A stretch of 64,000 nucleotides of DNA from Eledone cirrhosa (taxonomy: Eukaryota). Below the pieces are notes generated by a model, which was given only the letters and a program-made list of their open reading frames with translations, was not told the origin of the DNA and did not search any database. Position 1 is the stretch's first letter; each line of letters opens with the position of its first letter. The DNA is taken from the NCBI GenBank assembly GCA_964016885.1, contig OZ024740.1, positions 228,408,001 to 228,472,000 of the forward strand. Reading direction: 5' to 3'. The position numbers were made by a program, and so were the translations under genes. Below, piece by piece: positions 53,501 through 64,000 of the stretch.

Positions 53501-56500
53501 TGTGTGTCTGTGTGTCTGGGTATCTGTGTATCTGTGTATCTGTGTATCTGTGTCCGTGTGTCTGTGTATCTGTGTATCTGTGTATCTGTGTCTGTGTATC
53601 TGTGTATCTGTGTGTCTGTGTATCTGTGTATCTGTGTATCTGTGTATCTGTGTATCTGTGTGTCTGTGTGTCTGTGTATCTGTGTATCTGTGTGTCTGTG
53701 TGTCTGTGTATCTGTGTATCTGTGTGTCTGTGTGTCTGTGTATCTGTGTATCTGTGTGTCTGTGTATCTGTGTATCTGTGTGTCTGTGTATCTGTGTATC
53801 TGTGTGTCTGTGTATCTGTGTATCTGTGTATCTGTGTGTCTGTGTATCTGCGTATCTGTGTGTCTGTGTGTCTGTGTATCTGTGTGTCTGTGTATCTGTG
53901 TATGTGTGTCTGTGTGTCTGTGTATCTGTGTATCTGTATCTGTGTATCTGTGTGTCTGTGTATCTGTGTATCTGTGTGTCTGTGTATCTGTGTATCTGTG
54001 TCTGTGTATCTGTGTATCTGTGTATCTGTGTATCTGTGTGTCTGTGTGTCTGTGTATCTGTGTATCTGTGTGTCTGTGTATCTGTGTATCTGTGTGTCTA
54101 TGTGTCTGTGAATCTGTGTGTCTGTGTGTCTGTGTATCTGTGTATCTGTGTATATGTGTATCTGTGTCTGTGTGTCTGTGTATCTGTGTGTCTGTGTGTC
54201 TGCGTATCTGTGTATCTGTGTATCTGTGTATCTGTGTATCTGTGTCTGTGTGTCTGTGTATCTGTGTATCTGTGTATCTGTGTCTGTGTATCTGTGTATC
54301 TGTGTGTCTGTGTATCTGCGTATCTGTGTGTCTGTGTGTCTGTGTATCTGTGTGTCTGTGTATCTGTGTATGTGTGTCTGTGTGTCTGTGTATCTGTGTA
54401 TCTGTATCTGTGTATCTGTGTGTCTGTGTATCTGTGTATCTGTGTGTCTGTGTATCTGTGTATCTGTGTCTGTGTGTCTGTGTATCTGTGTATCTGTGTA
54501 TCTGTGTATCTGTGTGTCTGTGTGTCTGTGTATCTGTGTATCTGTGTGTCTGTGTATCTGTGTATCTGTGTGTCTATGTGTCTGTGTATCTGTGTGTCTG
54601 TGTGTCTGTGTATCTGTGTATCTGTGTATATGTGTATCTGTGTCTGTGTGTCTGTGTATCTGTGTGTCTGTGTGTCTGGGTATCTGTGTATCTGTGTATC
54701 TGTGTATCTGTGTATCTGTGTCCGTGTGTCTGTGTATCTGTGTATCTGTGTATCTGTGTCTGTGTATCTGTGTATCTGTGTGTCTGTGTATCTGTGTATC
54801 TGTGTATCTGTGTATCTGTGTATCTGTGTGTCTGTGTGTCTGTGTATCTGTGTATCTGTGTGTCTGTGTGTCTGTGTATCTGTGTATCTGTGTGTCTGTG
54901 TGTCTGTGTATCTGTGTATCTGTGTGTCTGTGTATCTGTGTATCTGTGTGTCTGTGTATCTGTGTATCTGTGTCTGTGTGTCTGTGTATCTGTGTATCTG
55001 TGTCTGAGTGTCTGTGTATCTGTGTATCTGTGTGTCTGTGTATCTGTGTATCTGTGTGTCTGTGTATCTGTGTATCTGTGTATCTGTGTCTGTGTGTCTG
55101 TGTATCTGTGTGTCTGTGTGTCTGTGTATCTGTGTATCTGTGTCTGTGTGTCTGTGTATCTGTGTGTCTGTGTGTCTGTGTATCTGTGTATCTGTGTATC
55201 TGTGTATCTGTGTGTCTGTGTATCTGTGTATCTGTGTATCTGTGTCTGTGTGTCTGTGTATCTGTGTGTCTGTGTATCTGTGTATCTGTGTCTGTGTGTC
55301 TGTGTATCTGTGTGTCTGTGTGTCTGTGTATCTGTGTATCTGTGTATCTGTGTATCTGTGTATCTGTGTCTGTGTGTCTGTGTATCTGTGTGTCTGTGTG
55401 TCTGTGTATCTGTGTATCTGTGTATCTGTGTGTCTGTGTATCTGTGTATCTGTGTATCTGTGTATCTGTGTGTCTGTGTATCTGTGTATCTGTGTATCTG
55501 TGTGTCTGTGTGTCTGTGTATCTGTGTATCTGTGTATCTGTGTATCTGTGTCTGTGTGTCTGTGTATCTGTGTGTCTGTGTGTCTGTGTATCTGTGTATC
55601 TGTGTATCTGTGTATCTGTGTATCTGTGTGTCTGTGTATCTGTGTGTCTGTGTATCTGTGTATCTGTGTATCTGTGTCTGTGTGTCTGTGTATCTGTGTA
55701 TCTGTGTATCTGTGTATCTGTGTGTCTGTGTGTCTGTGTATCTGTGTATCTGTGTGTCTGTGTATCTGTGTATCTGTGTGTCTATGTGTCTGTGTATCTG
55801 TGTGTCTGTGTGTCTGTGTATCTGTGTATCTGTGTATATGTGTATCTGTGTCTGTGTGTCTGTGTATCTGTGTGTCTGTGTGTCTGGGTATCTGTGTATC
55901 TGTGTATCTGTGTATCTGTGTATCTGTGTCTGTGTGTCTGTGTATCTGTGTATCTGTGTATCTGTGTCTGTGTATCTGTGTATCTGTGTGTCTGTGTATC
56001 TGCGTATCTGTGTGTCTGTGTGTCTGTGTATCTGTGTGTCTGTGTATCTGTGTATGTGTGTCTGTGTGTCTGTGTATCTGTGTATCTGTATCTGTGTATC
56101 TGTGTGTCTGTGTATCTGTGTATCTGTGTGTCTGTGTATCTGTGTATCTGTGTCTGTGTGTCTGTGTATCTGTGTATCTGTGTATCTGTGTATCTGTGTG
56201 TCTGTGTGTCTGTGTATCTGTGTATCTGTGTGTCTGTGTATCTGTGTATCTGTGTGTCTATGTGTCTGTGTATCTGTGTGTCTGTGTGTCTGTGTATCTG
56301 TGTATCTGTGTATATGTGTATCTGTGTCTGTGTGTCTGTGTATCTGTGTGTCTGTGTGTCTGGGTATCTGTGTATCTGTGTATCTGTGTATCTGTGTCCG
56401 TGTGTCTGTGTATCTGTGTATCTGTGTATCTGTGTCTGTGTATCTGTGTATCTGTGTGTCTGTGTATCTGTGTATCTGTGTATCTGTGTATCTGTGTATC

Positions 56501-58335
56501 TGTGTGTCTGTGTGTCTGTGTATCTGTGTATCTGTGTGTCTGTGTGTCTGTGTATCTGTGTATCTGTGTGTCTGTGTGTCTGTGTATCTGTGTATCTGTG
56601 TGTCTGTGTATCTGTGTATCTGTGTGTCTGTGTATCTGTGTATCTGTGTCTGTGTGTCTGTGTATCTGTGTATCTGTGTCTGAGTGTCTGTGTATCTGTG
56701 TATCTGTGTGTCTGTGTATCTGTGTATCTGTGTGTCTGTGTATCTGTGTATCTGTGTCTGTGTGTCTGTGTATCTGTGTGTCTGTGTGTCTGTGTATCTG
56801 TGTATCTGTGTCTGTGTGTCTGTGTATCTGTGTGTCTGTGTGTCTGTGTATCTGTGTATCTGTGTATCTGTGTATCTGTGTGTCTGTGTATCTGTGTATC
56901 TGTGTATCTGTGTCTGTGTGTCTGTGTATCTGTGTGTCTGTGTATCTGTGTATCTGTGTCTGTGTGTCTGTGTATCTGTGTGTCTGTGTGTCTGTGTATC
57001 TGTGTATCTGTGTATCTGTGTATCTGTGTATCTGTGTCTGTGTGTCTGTGTATCTGTGTGTCTGTGTGTCTGTGTATCTGTGTATCTGTGTGTCTGTGTA
57101 TCTGTGTATCTGTGTATCTGTGTATCTGTGTGTCTGTGTATCTGTGTATCTGTGTATCTGTGTGTCTGTGTGTCTGTGTATCTGTGTATCTGTGTATCTG
57201 TGTATCTGTGTCTGTGTGTCTGTGTATCTGTGTGTCTGTGTGTCTGTGTATCTGTGTATCTGTGTATCTGTGTATCTGTGTGTCTGTGTATCTGTGTGTC
57301 TGTGTATCTGTGTATCTGTGTCTGTGTGTCTGTGTGTCTGTGTATCTGTGTATCTGTGTCTGTGTGTCTGTGTATCTGGGTATCTGTGTCTGTGTATCTG
57401 TGTATCTGTGTATCTGTGTCTGTGTGTCTGTGTATCTGTGTGTCTGTGTATCTGTGTGTCTGTGTATCTGTGTATCTGTGTCTGTGTGTCTGTGTGTCTG
57501 TGTATCTGTGTATCTGTGTCTGTGTGTCTGTGTATCTGTGTATCTGTGTCTGTGTATCTGTGTATCTGTGTCTGTGTATCTGTGTATCTGTGTCTGTGTG
57601 TCTGTGTATCTGTGTATCTGTGTCTGTGTGTCTGTGTATTTGTGTATCTGTGTCTGTGTATCTGTGTATCTGTGTCTGTGTATCTGTGTATCTGTGTCTG
57701 TGTGTCTGTGTATCTGTGTATCTGTGTCTGTGTGTCTGTGTGTCTGTGTATCTGTGTATCTGTGTATCTGTGTATCTGTGTATCTGTGTCTGTGTGTATG
57801 TGTATCTGTGTATCTGTGTGTCTGTGTATCTGTGTATCTGTGTCTGTGTGTCTGTGTGTCTGTGTATCTGTGTATCTGTGTATCTGTGTGTCTGTGTATC
57901 TGTGTATCTGTGTATCTGTGTATCTGTGTGTCTGTGTATCTATTTGTCTGTGTATCTGTGTATCTGTGTCTGTGTGTCTGTGTGTCTGTGTATCTGTGTA
58001 TCTGTGTCTGTGTGTCTGTGTATCTGTGTGTCTGTGTGTCTGTGTATCTGTGTATCTGTGTATCTGTGTGTCTGTGTATCTGTGTATCTGTGTATCTGTG
58101 TGTCTGTGTATCTGTGTATCTGTGTGTCTGTGTATCTGTGTATCTGTGTCTGTGTGTCTGTGTGTCTGTGTATCTGTGTATCTGTGTGTCTGTGTGTCTG
58201 TGTCTGTGTGTCTGTGTGTCTGTGTATCTGTGTGTCTGTGTATCTGTGTGTCTGTGTATCTGTATCTGTGTGTCTGTGTGTCTGTGTATCTGTGTATCTG
58301 TGTCTGTGTATTTGTGTATCTGTGTCTGTGTGTCA
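50581..58335. repeat. 7.7-kb satellite of TCTGTGTA / TCTGTGTG / TCTGTG monomers with higher-order periodicity
   Basis: Uninterrupted array. Rare variants recur at 476, ~1676-1684 and ~2836-2844 bp spacings. Confidence 0.97.
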
Positions 58336-58522
58336 GTCTGTCTGTCTGAGGATAGTAGACGTGTGTCATATCGCTCTGTGATTTGGATTTTTACCTGCTA
58401 ATTTTGTGAGTGGATTTTTTTGAATTATTTTGTATAATTAACTGTAACCCCTAGTCTGGGACTCTAGACGTCGGGTAAATATATTTTCACCCCTTTTGGG
58501 GTGAAAAATAAATATTTGAGAA

Positions 58523-60280
58523 ATGTTTATCGATATCGTTGATAACGATATCGTCGAAAACGATATCGCCATATTGGAAGCGAACGCCACGCCGACCAAA
58601 AAAACAAGCGGGAAAGAGGGAACAACACTTCAAACTGTTGAACAACCCCTCCTCTCCAATGAAAAAAAGAATTTCAATTCAAATGAAAAAATTAATTTTC
58701 AAGAAAAAAATAACACCACAAATAAGGAAACCAACAACATTACAACAACAAACAAAGACAACATTTCTTTTGCCCAAACACTCAAGAGAGCCACGGAGTA
58801 CAAAGCCATTGACATCACGAACGCCAAGGAAAATTTGCTAGAGGCTAGAAAATACGTATCTTTTGGGGAGGATGGTTCTTTTACGATCAACTCCCCAGAA
58901 GAAGTGCGTGAACAGATTTACAAGAATACCGTAAGCTTCAGAACCATAACCAACGAAACGAGAAAGCCAGCGCAATTGACCGAAAGTCAAATCGAGCTGG
59001 TTCTGAAAGAAATTAAAAATGACATACTCTTTATTCAAAGAGGAAAGCTGTATGCCAGCATTATGGTCCGAATGAAGGACGAAATGCTGGCTCAGAAATA
59101 TTCGGTGGCACCTATAGTGTCACCACAATACACCTTCTTCCCCACATATAAAGGAAGAAGAACACAAAGGATAAGAATGTGGAGCCCTACGCCAGAAATT
59201 AACATCTGGTCCGTCCTAACTGGATTTACCGACCTAGATAAGGACATACTAATTTCAGCAGGGGAGTCCACCAGTGGACTGTTCGGGGGGAAAAGTCTGG
59301 AGGTTCTCTTACAGATGACACCTGAGAGAATCTCCGGAATACCCGACCGAGTGCTACTGGATGGGCGAACCTACATAAATATCACAGTGGAAGGCAGGAG
59401 ACCCTCATGTTACCACTGCGCTGGCAGAGGTCACCTGAGGACGGCCTGCCCTCTACTAACAACTAAAAAACCACTGCTACAAACACCACAACAACAACAA
59501 AAACAACCAGCACCACCATCACAAAAACAACAAAATACACTACCATCTCCACCAGAACAACAAAAACCAACAACACCACCACCACCACCACAACAACAAC
59601 AACAACATCAACAACAGCTCAAGAAAACAACCCAAAACACGGTCCCACCCAGCCCCACCCCACAGAACACAAATACAAAAACAGTTCATACACAACCCGG
59701 AGATATACCCCTCCCCTCCAATACGGAAGAGGAGCTCATATCGTCGGAAGACGAGGGGGCTCCCTTCCAAAAAGTGAAAAGAAAAAAACGTACACACACC
59801 ACAACAACAAAAATAACCCCACCTGACAACACAACACAGACAATAAAACGCAAACTCACTCAACAACAACAAGCAAAAACAAACACAACAACACAAAAAC
59901 TCTACACATACATAAACAAAAACAATGAAAACCTAACTTTAAAAATAGAAACCAACCCTTCGATACAAACCGAAGGGCCGAATTTCGTAACGGCAATGGG
60001 GCTCCCTAACCTGAAAATGGTGAAAATCCCACTTGACATTTTTAAAACTTTAAAAGACATGTACCCTGAGGACGTGGGCCCACCCTGCACCAGGCCACTC
60101 AACCGCGTCCTCCTGAAAGGTTTTCCCCTCCCCTCCTCAAACACCCACACAACTCCAAAGATCCCAACCCCTCCACACACCAATACCCCCACCCCACCAC
60201 AAACCACCACCCCACCCATCAACCCCGCCACCAGCCCCATGGAAACTGAGCGACCCGAACCCCGGGACGCAGAGAGGTAA
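58523..60280 (+). CDS. LINE ORF1p (gag-like nucleic-acid-binding protein), 585 aa
   Basis: Single zinc knuckle CYHCAGRGHLRTAC preceded by a Tx1-type IP..V.LDG...NITVEG segment. Long Q/P/T-rich disordered C-half with a basic KVKRKKR motif. Confidence 0.9.
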   Translation: MFIDIVDNDIVENDIAILEANATPTKKTSGKEGTTLQTVEQPLLSNEKKNFNSNEKINFQEKNNTTNKETNNITTTNKDNISFAQTLKRATEYKAIDITNAKENLLEARKYVSFGEDGSFTINSPEEVREQIYKNTVSFRTITNETRKPAQLTESQIELVLKEIKNDILFIQRGKLYASIMVRMKDEMLAQKYSVAPIVSPQYTFFPTYKGRRTQRIRMWSPTPEINIWSVLTGFTDLDKDILISAGESTSGLFGGKSLEVLLQMTPERISGIPDRVLLDGRTYINITVEGRRPSCYHCAGRGHLRTACPLLTTKKPLLQTPQQQQKQPAPPSQKQQNTLPSPPEQQKPTTPPPPPQQQQQHQQQLKKTTQNTVPPSPTPQNTNTKTVHTQPGDIPLPSNTEEELISSEDEGAPFQKVKRKKRTHTTTTKITPPDNTTQTIKRKLTQQQQAKTNTTTQKLYTYINKNNENLTLKIETNPSIQTEGPNFVTAMGLPNLKMVKIPLDIFKTLKDMYPEDVGPPCTRPLNRVLLKGFPLPSSNTHTTPKIPTPPHTNTPTPPQTTTPPINPATSPMETERPEPRDAER

Positions 60281-60303
60281 GTGCCTCTTTCTTTGCCACC
60301 AAC

Positions 60304-63300
60304 ATGGCTGTCTTAAGAGTAGGTTGTCTAAATGCGCGTGGCCTGGGCTCACCTTGGAAGCAAGCTAAACTTCTAAGTGACCTCAGGTCACAATGTGTAA
60401 ATGCGATGGTTATTTGCGAGGCCCGGATCAGCAGCATGCGACAGCTAACCCCCACCTTTGATGACTTTGAGATGCACGCATCTCTCTGTCAGCCCGGAGG
60501 TGGGGGTGGGGTTGTCGTTCTGCTGCAAAAACATCTGGGTCTCGCTACACAGACGGTACACTTGGACCCGGAGGGTCGACTCGTGGTTCTGGACCTTGGC
60601 AATGGCGAAGGCGAAGCTTTTAGGCTTGTCGCCGTATACGCCCCTTTTGGGGCAATGCGGTCGGACTTCTTCCATCGTCTGGAGACTTTTCTAGGGACGT
60701 CCCGCTCCTTGCTTTTAGTGGGGGACTGGAATGGTATCCTAGATGCACGTTGGGACTATGTGGGGGCATGTCCCGATAGAGGGGGGTGTAACAGCCTTAA
60801 GGGGTTAATCGGCCGATTCGACCTGGCCGATAGATACCGACTAGATTTTCCGACTGTACCAACCTGGACCTGGTCAAATAACAGTGGTCAATCTAGATCG
60901 TACCTAGATAGGTTCTTAGTTAGAATTAAGGATAGGGACTTTTTAAGTTGTCCAGAAATGCTCATGGTGGGCTATTCAGACCACAAGTTAGTGACCTGCG
61001 TAGTCCACCTTGATAGAACGCATAGGCAGGGGCCCGGTTACTGGAAGCTCAACTTGTCCTTGCCGGCAAGTAGAGCTTACAGGGACCGGATTAGAACCTT
61101 AGTTAAGGAGCAGTTGACGGGCGCCATCGTCAACAACAGGTGGTGGGGCTCTCTAAAAAGAGAGATTAGAGTAGTTTCAATAGGAGTTAGTAAGGAGTTA
61201 GCCTCAGATAGAAATAGGAAGGAAAGGGAGTTGGTAGTTAATGTTGAAGAGGCAATGAGAAGCGGCAACGTGGCCAGAGTGCAAGCGTCGAGAACGGTCT
61301 TGAACCAGTTCTTCGACGCGAAACACGAAGGCTGCGTTGTCCGAAGCAAAATACGTGCTCTGGGAAACGAGGGGACCAAAGCTGTTAGCTGGGCCCGCGT
61401 GACAGAAGCGAAAAGTGGGATTAAATCCACTATCCGGTCTTTGCGAGACCAGGATGGACGGCTGATCCTTGAACCTAAGCAAATGTGCGAGGCCTTTCAA
61501 AGGCACTTTGCCCAATTGTTCGGGAGGGGCGGGGAGCCGGTTGGAGATGTGGATTTCGGTCCATACCTCGACGGCCTGCCGCGTCTTTCGGACGGGGAGG
61601 CGAGGTCCTGCGACGGGCCGATCTCAGCTGCTGAAATAGGGGACGTGCTGAGCCTATGCGGCAAACGCAAATCTCCAGGACTCGATGGTCTGCCCTACGA
61701 ACTATATATTAATATGCCGGACTTGTTCCCCGATCTCCTCGAGGCGGTCTACTGCAACTGGCAACAGAACGGGAGAATTCCCTGTTCTGTGACCAAGGGC
61801 GTAGTCTCGCTAGTGAGGAAGGACGAGAACAAGGGGGATGACATTAGTAATTTTAGGCCCATAACTCTGCTAAATGCAGAGTTAAAGATTTTGGCGAAGG
61901 TGTTAGCGAAGAGGTTGGCGCTTGTCGTGGGGGGCCTGGTGGGAGATGCGCAGACATGCGCTATCCCGTCCAGGTCCATCCACGACAACCTCCACCTCAT
62001 GCGATACATCATAGAGAGGGTTGGGAACGAACCCGGCTTTGGTGGGGCCCTGATAAATTTAGATCAGTCTAAAGCGTTCGATAGGGTGGACCATGGTTAC
62101 CTGGATGCGGTGCTAGCGGCGGCTGGGTTCGGACCCGTTTTCAGGGGCTGGATCACTGCCATGCACAGCAGCCGCATCTGCTCTAGAGTCAAGGTGAACG
62201 GCTACCTTTCGGAGCCGTTCGAAATCACCCGCTCCATCCGACAGGGGTGCCCTCTCTCCTCCCTTCTGTATGTATTGACTCTCGAGCCATTACTGCGGAA
62301 GTTGGAGTTGTTGCAGGGCATCCCTTTGGAACCGGGATTGCGCAAAGCGGTGTCGGCCTACGCCGATGACGTAACAGTAATGGTGTCGACCGCCTCGGAA
62401 ATCGAGGCAATCGGCACCTTACTAGAGGAGTACGAAAGGTTGACAGGGGCTAAGCTGAACCGGGACAAGTCAGTCGCTTTGCAACTCGGCGAGTGGAGGG
62501 GCAAAGCGATGTCGTGCGACGGTATCGTCGGACGGTGGACGGAGGGCCCGGTGAAGTTGCTTGGGGTCTGGTTCGGACCGGACCTCCAGGTGGAGAAAAA
62601 CTGGGGTGAGGTGACGAATAGGGTGTTTGCACTGACCCAGAAGTGGGCCGAGTGCAAACTATCCCTAAAAGGTCGGGCGGAGGTGGCGAACGCTTACATA
62701 GCGTCCGTCATCTATTACCGCTTGACTGTCGTGCCTTGCCCGGGTGAGATCCTCGCCAAAATGGAGCGCGCCCTCTTTTATTTCCTTTGGAAGAAGAGGT
62801 CTCCTCTAGTGAGGAGATCCATCTGCTGTCAACACCCTTTGAAAGGAGGGCTGGGGATGCCGTGGCTAAAAATGCGTAAACACGCATTGAGGCTAAGGCA
62901 CCTCCACGTATTCCTCACCGGTCAACCGGTGTGGGCCCCGTTTGTGAGGCGAGCCTTCCCGAGGCTCGTCTCGCTCACCGAGCTACAGTCCTGGGTGAAG
63001 CAAAGACCGAGAAAACTGGGCGACTGGCACACCGAGTGTGCCCAGGCGCTCACGGCTCTCTGGCAGGCGGACCCGGCTATCGACGGAGACTCCACCTCGT
63101 CATTCTATAGAGGGCTGGTGGTTAGCGGGTGCGACGACGCCCTCGGAGAAGCCCTAGGCATGGAGGAGGACGAACTGGCCAGTCTATTCGGTAGGACTTT
63201 CGGCCCGGGACCTATGGACAACTTCCAGAAGTCCTTGGCCTGGCAGTGCTACCGAGGGGCTCTGCCCGTTCGGGATAAGCTCTACAGACACGGGCGCCCG

Positions 63301-63741
63301 GGTAGGGACCCCTCGAAAAAGATCTGTCCCAGATGCGTGCGCGACGAGGAAACCGTCGCGCACGCATTGATGCACTGCCCGCGCGTTGCCGATCTGTGGG
63401 GCTATGTCGAACGACTGCTGTCACGGGTGGGACCAATTAGGTTGACCACCGAGTCCATTGTAACGATCAAGCCGCCTCCCCCCTTCAAAAATGAAGGAGA
63501 GGCGGTCTTCCTCTGTGTAATAGCCATGGTAAAAGAGGCTATATGGTGGACGCGTCTGAAAGGGCTGAGGTCGGACACCTTTCTCTCCGGCCAACAACTG
63601 GTCCTTTTCTTCCGATACCATTTCGGAAGAAGGATCAGGATGGAGAGAGAGGTGCTCCACTCCAGCCAGTTTTATGAAAGGTGGGTGAAAGTTGCGAGAA
63701 TGGCCCGTGTGAATGGGCCTTCTCTCTACCTCAGCCTGTAG
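60304..63741 (+). CDS. LINE ORF2p: APE endonuclease, reverse transcriptase and C-terminal CCHC, 1145 aa
   Basis: LNARGL, VYAP, GDWN, YLDRF, SDH, GYWKLN; KSPGLDG, FRPITLLN, LDQSKAFDRVDH, RQGCPLS, AYADD; CPRC..EETVAHALMHC. No stops or frameshifts. Confidence 0.96.
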   Translation: MAVLRVGCLNARGLGSPWKQAKLLSDLRSQCVNAMVICEARISSMRQLTPTFDDFEMHASLCQPGGGGGVVVLLQKHLGLATQTVHLDPEGRLVVLDLGNGEGEAFRLVAVYAPFGAMRSDFFHRLETFLGTSRSLLLVGDWNGILDARWDYVGACPDRGGCNSLKGLIGRFDLADRYRLDFPTVPTWTWSNNSGQSRSYLDRFLVRIKDRDFLSCPEMLMVGYSDHKLVTCVVHLDRTHRQGPGYWKLNLSLPASRAYRDRIRTLVKEQLTGAIVNNRWWGSLKREIRVVSIGVSKELASDRNRKERELVVNVEEAMRSGNVARVQASRTVLNQFFDAKHEGCVVRSKIRALGNEGTKAVSWARVTEAKSGIKSTIRSLRDQDGRLILEPKQMCEAFQRHFAQLFGRGGEPVGDVDFGPYLDGLPRLSDGEARSCDGPISAAEIGDVLSLCGKRKSPGLDGLPYELYINMPDLFPDLLEAVYCNWQQNGRIPCSVTKGVVSLVRKDENKGDDISNFRPITLLNAELKILAKVLAKRLALVVGGLVGDAQTCAIPSRSIHDNLHLMRYIIERVGNEPGFGGALINLDQSKAFDRVDHGYLDAVLAAAGFGPVFRGWITAMHSSRICSRVKVNGYLSEPFEITRSIRQGCPLSSLLYVLTLEPLLRKLELLQGIPLEPGLRKAVSAYADDVTVMVSTASEIEAIGTLLEEYERLTGAKLNRDKSVALQLGEWRGKAMSCDGIVGRWTEGPVKLLGVWFGPDLQVEKNWGEVTNRVFALTQKWAECKLSLKGRAEVANAYIASVIYYRLTVVPCPGEILAKMERALFYFLWKKRSPLVRRSICCQHPLKGGLGMPWLKMRKHALRLRHLHVFLTGQPVWAPFVRRAFPRLVSLTELQSWVKQRPRKLGDWHTECAQALTALWQADPAIDGDSTSSFYRGLVVSGCDDALGEALGMEEDELASLFGRTFGPGPMDNFQKSLAWQCYRGALPVRDKLYRHGRPGRDPSKKICPRCVRDEETVAHALMHCPRVADLWGYVERLLSRVGPIRLTTESIVTIKPPPPFKNEGEAVFLCVIAMVKEAIWWTRLKGLRSDTFLSGQQLVLFFRYHFGRRIRMEREVLHSSQFYERWVKVARMARVNGPSLYLSL

Positions 63742-64000
63742 GTGGAACAGAAAGAAGGGAGCACCCTCTCTTTGTGCTCCCGTGGAGAAGGGTCGCACGC
63801 TTTTTTTCGGGGGTGTATGTGACCCCAAAACGATCCCTCCCTATTGAGGACCTTCTTGTTATTATTTTGTTTGTTATATTTTTCTTACTCGATTTTTATG
63901 TAAACTCCCCCCACCCATGTACATGTCCCTTTCTTTTGTGCCCTAGTGGCAAATAAACAGAAATTTATCTGTGTAACTGTGTCTGTGTGTCTGTGTATCT

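Larger units (their letters stand above)
58349..63965 (+). mobile_element. Apparently full-length, intact Tx1/L1-clade non-LTR retrotransposon inserted in the satellite
   Basis: 5'UTR, ORF1, 23-nt spacer, ORF2, 3'UTR, AATAAA at 63952-63957, no poly(A). The satellite resumes at 63966. The 5' boundary is approximate. Confidence 0.93.

Noticed and set aside
50437-58401. Giant ORFs of up to 2031 aa ([10 protein letters not shown]...)
   Set aside because: These are translations of a stop-free satellite, open in all plus frames, with no domain content.

Overview
Repeat-dominated eukaryotic DNA: AT-rich and packed with (TA)n, (CA)n, (GA)n, (TACA)n and (CAA)n tracts. The dominant tRNA-derived SINE and the overall composition look like an octopus/cephalopod genome (recognition by eye, not verified). 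No complete host gene is visible, only one plausible internal exon (30324-30457). Almost all ORFs in the track are microsatellite artefacts. The real coding content is transposon-derived: (i) an apparently intact two-ORF Tx1/L1-clade LINE (~58349-63965) flanked on both sides by the same (TCTGTGTR)n satellite, whose 7.7-kb upstream array has a clear higher-order structure; (ii) a GC-rich, 5'-truncated RTE LINE with few lesions; (iii) a second decayed RTE, two CRE-type endonuclease fragments, two mariner relics and three different Penelope-like (PLE) GIY-YIG relics. Non-coding content includes about 20 SINE copies, hAT and other MITEs and Helitron-like elements. There are also more than a dozen minimal type I hammerhead-ribozyme motifs (CUGANGA...GAAA..UH) from several short fold-back PLE-type families, mostly in or next to (TA)n. 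Different retroelement families appear to occupy different microsatellites.
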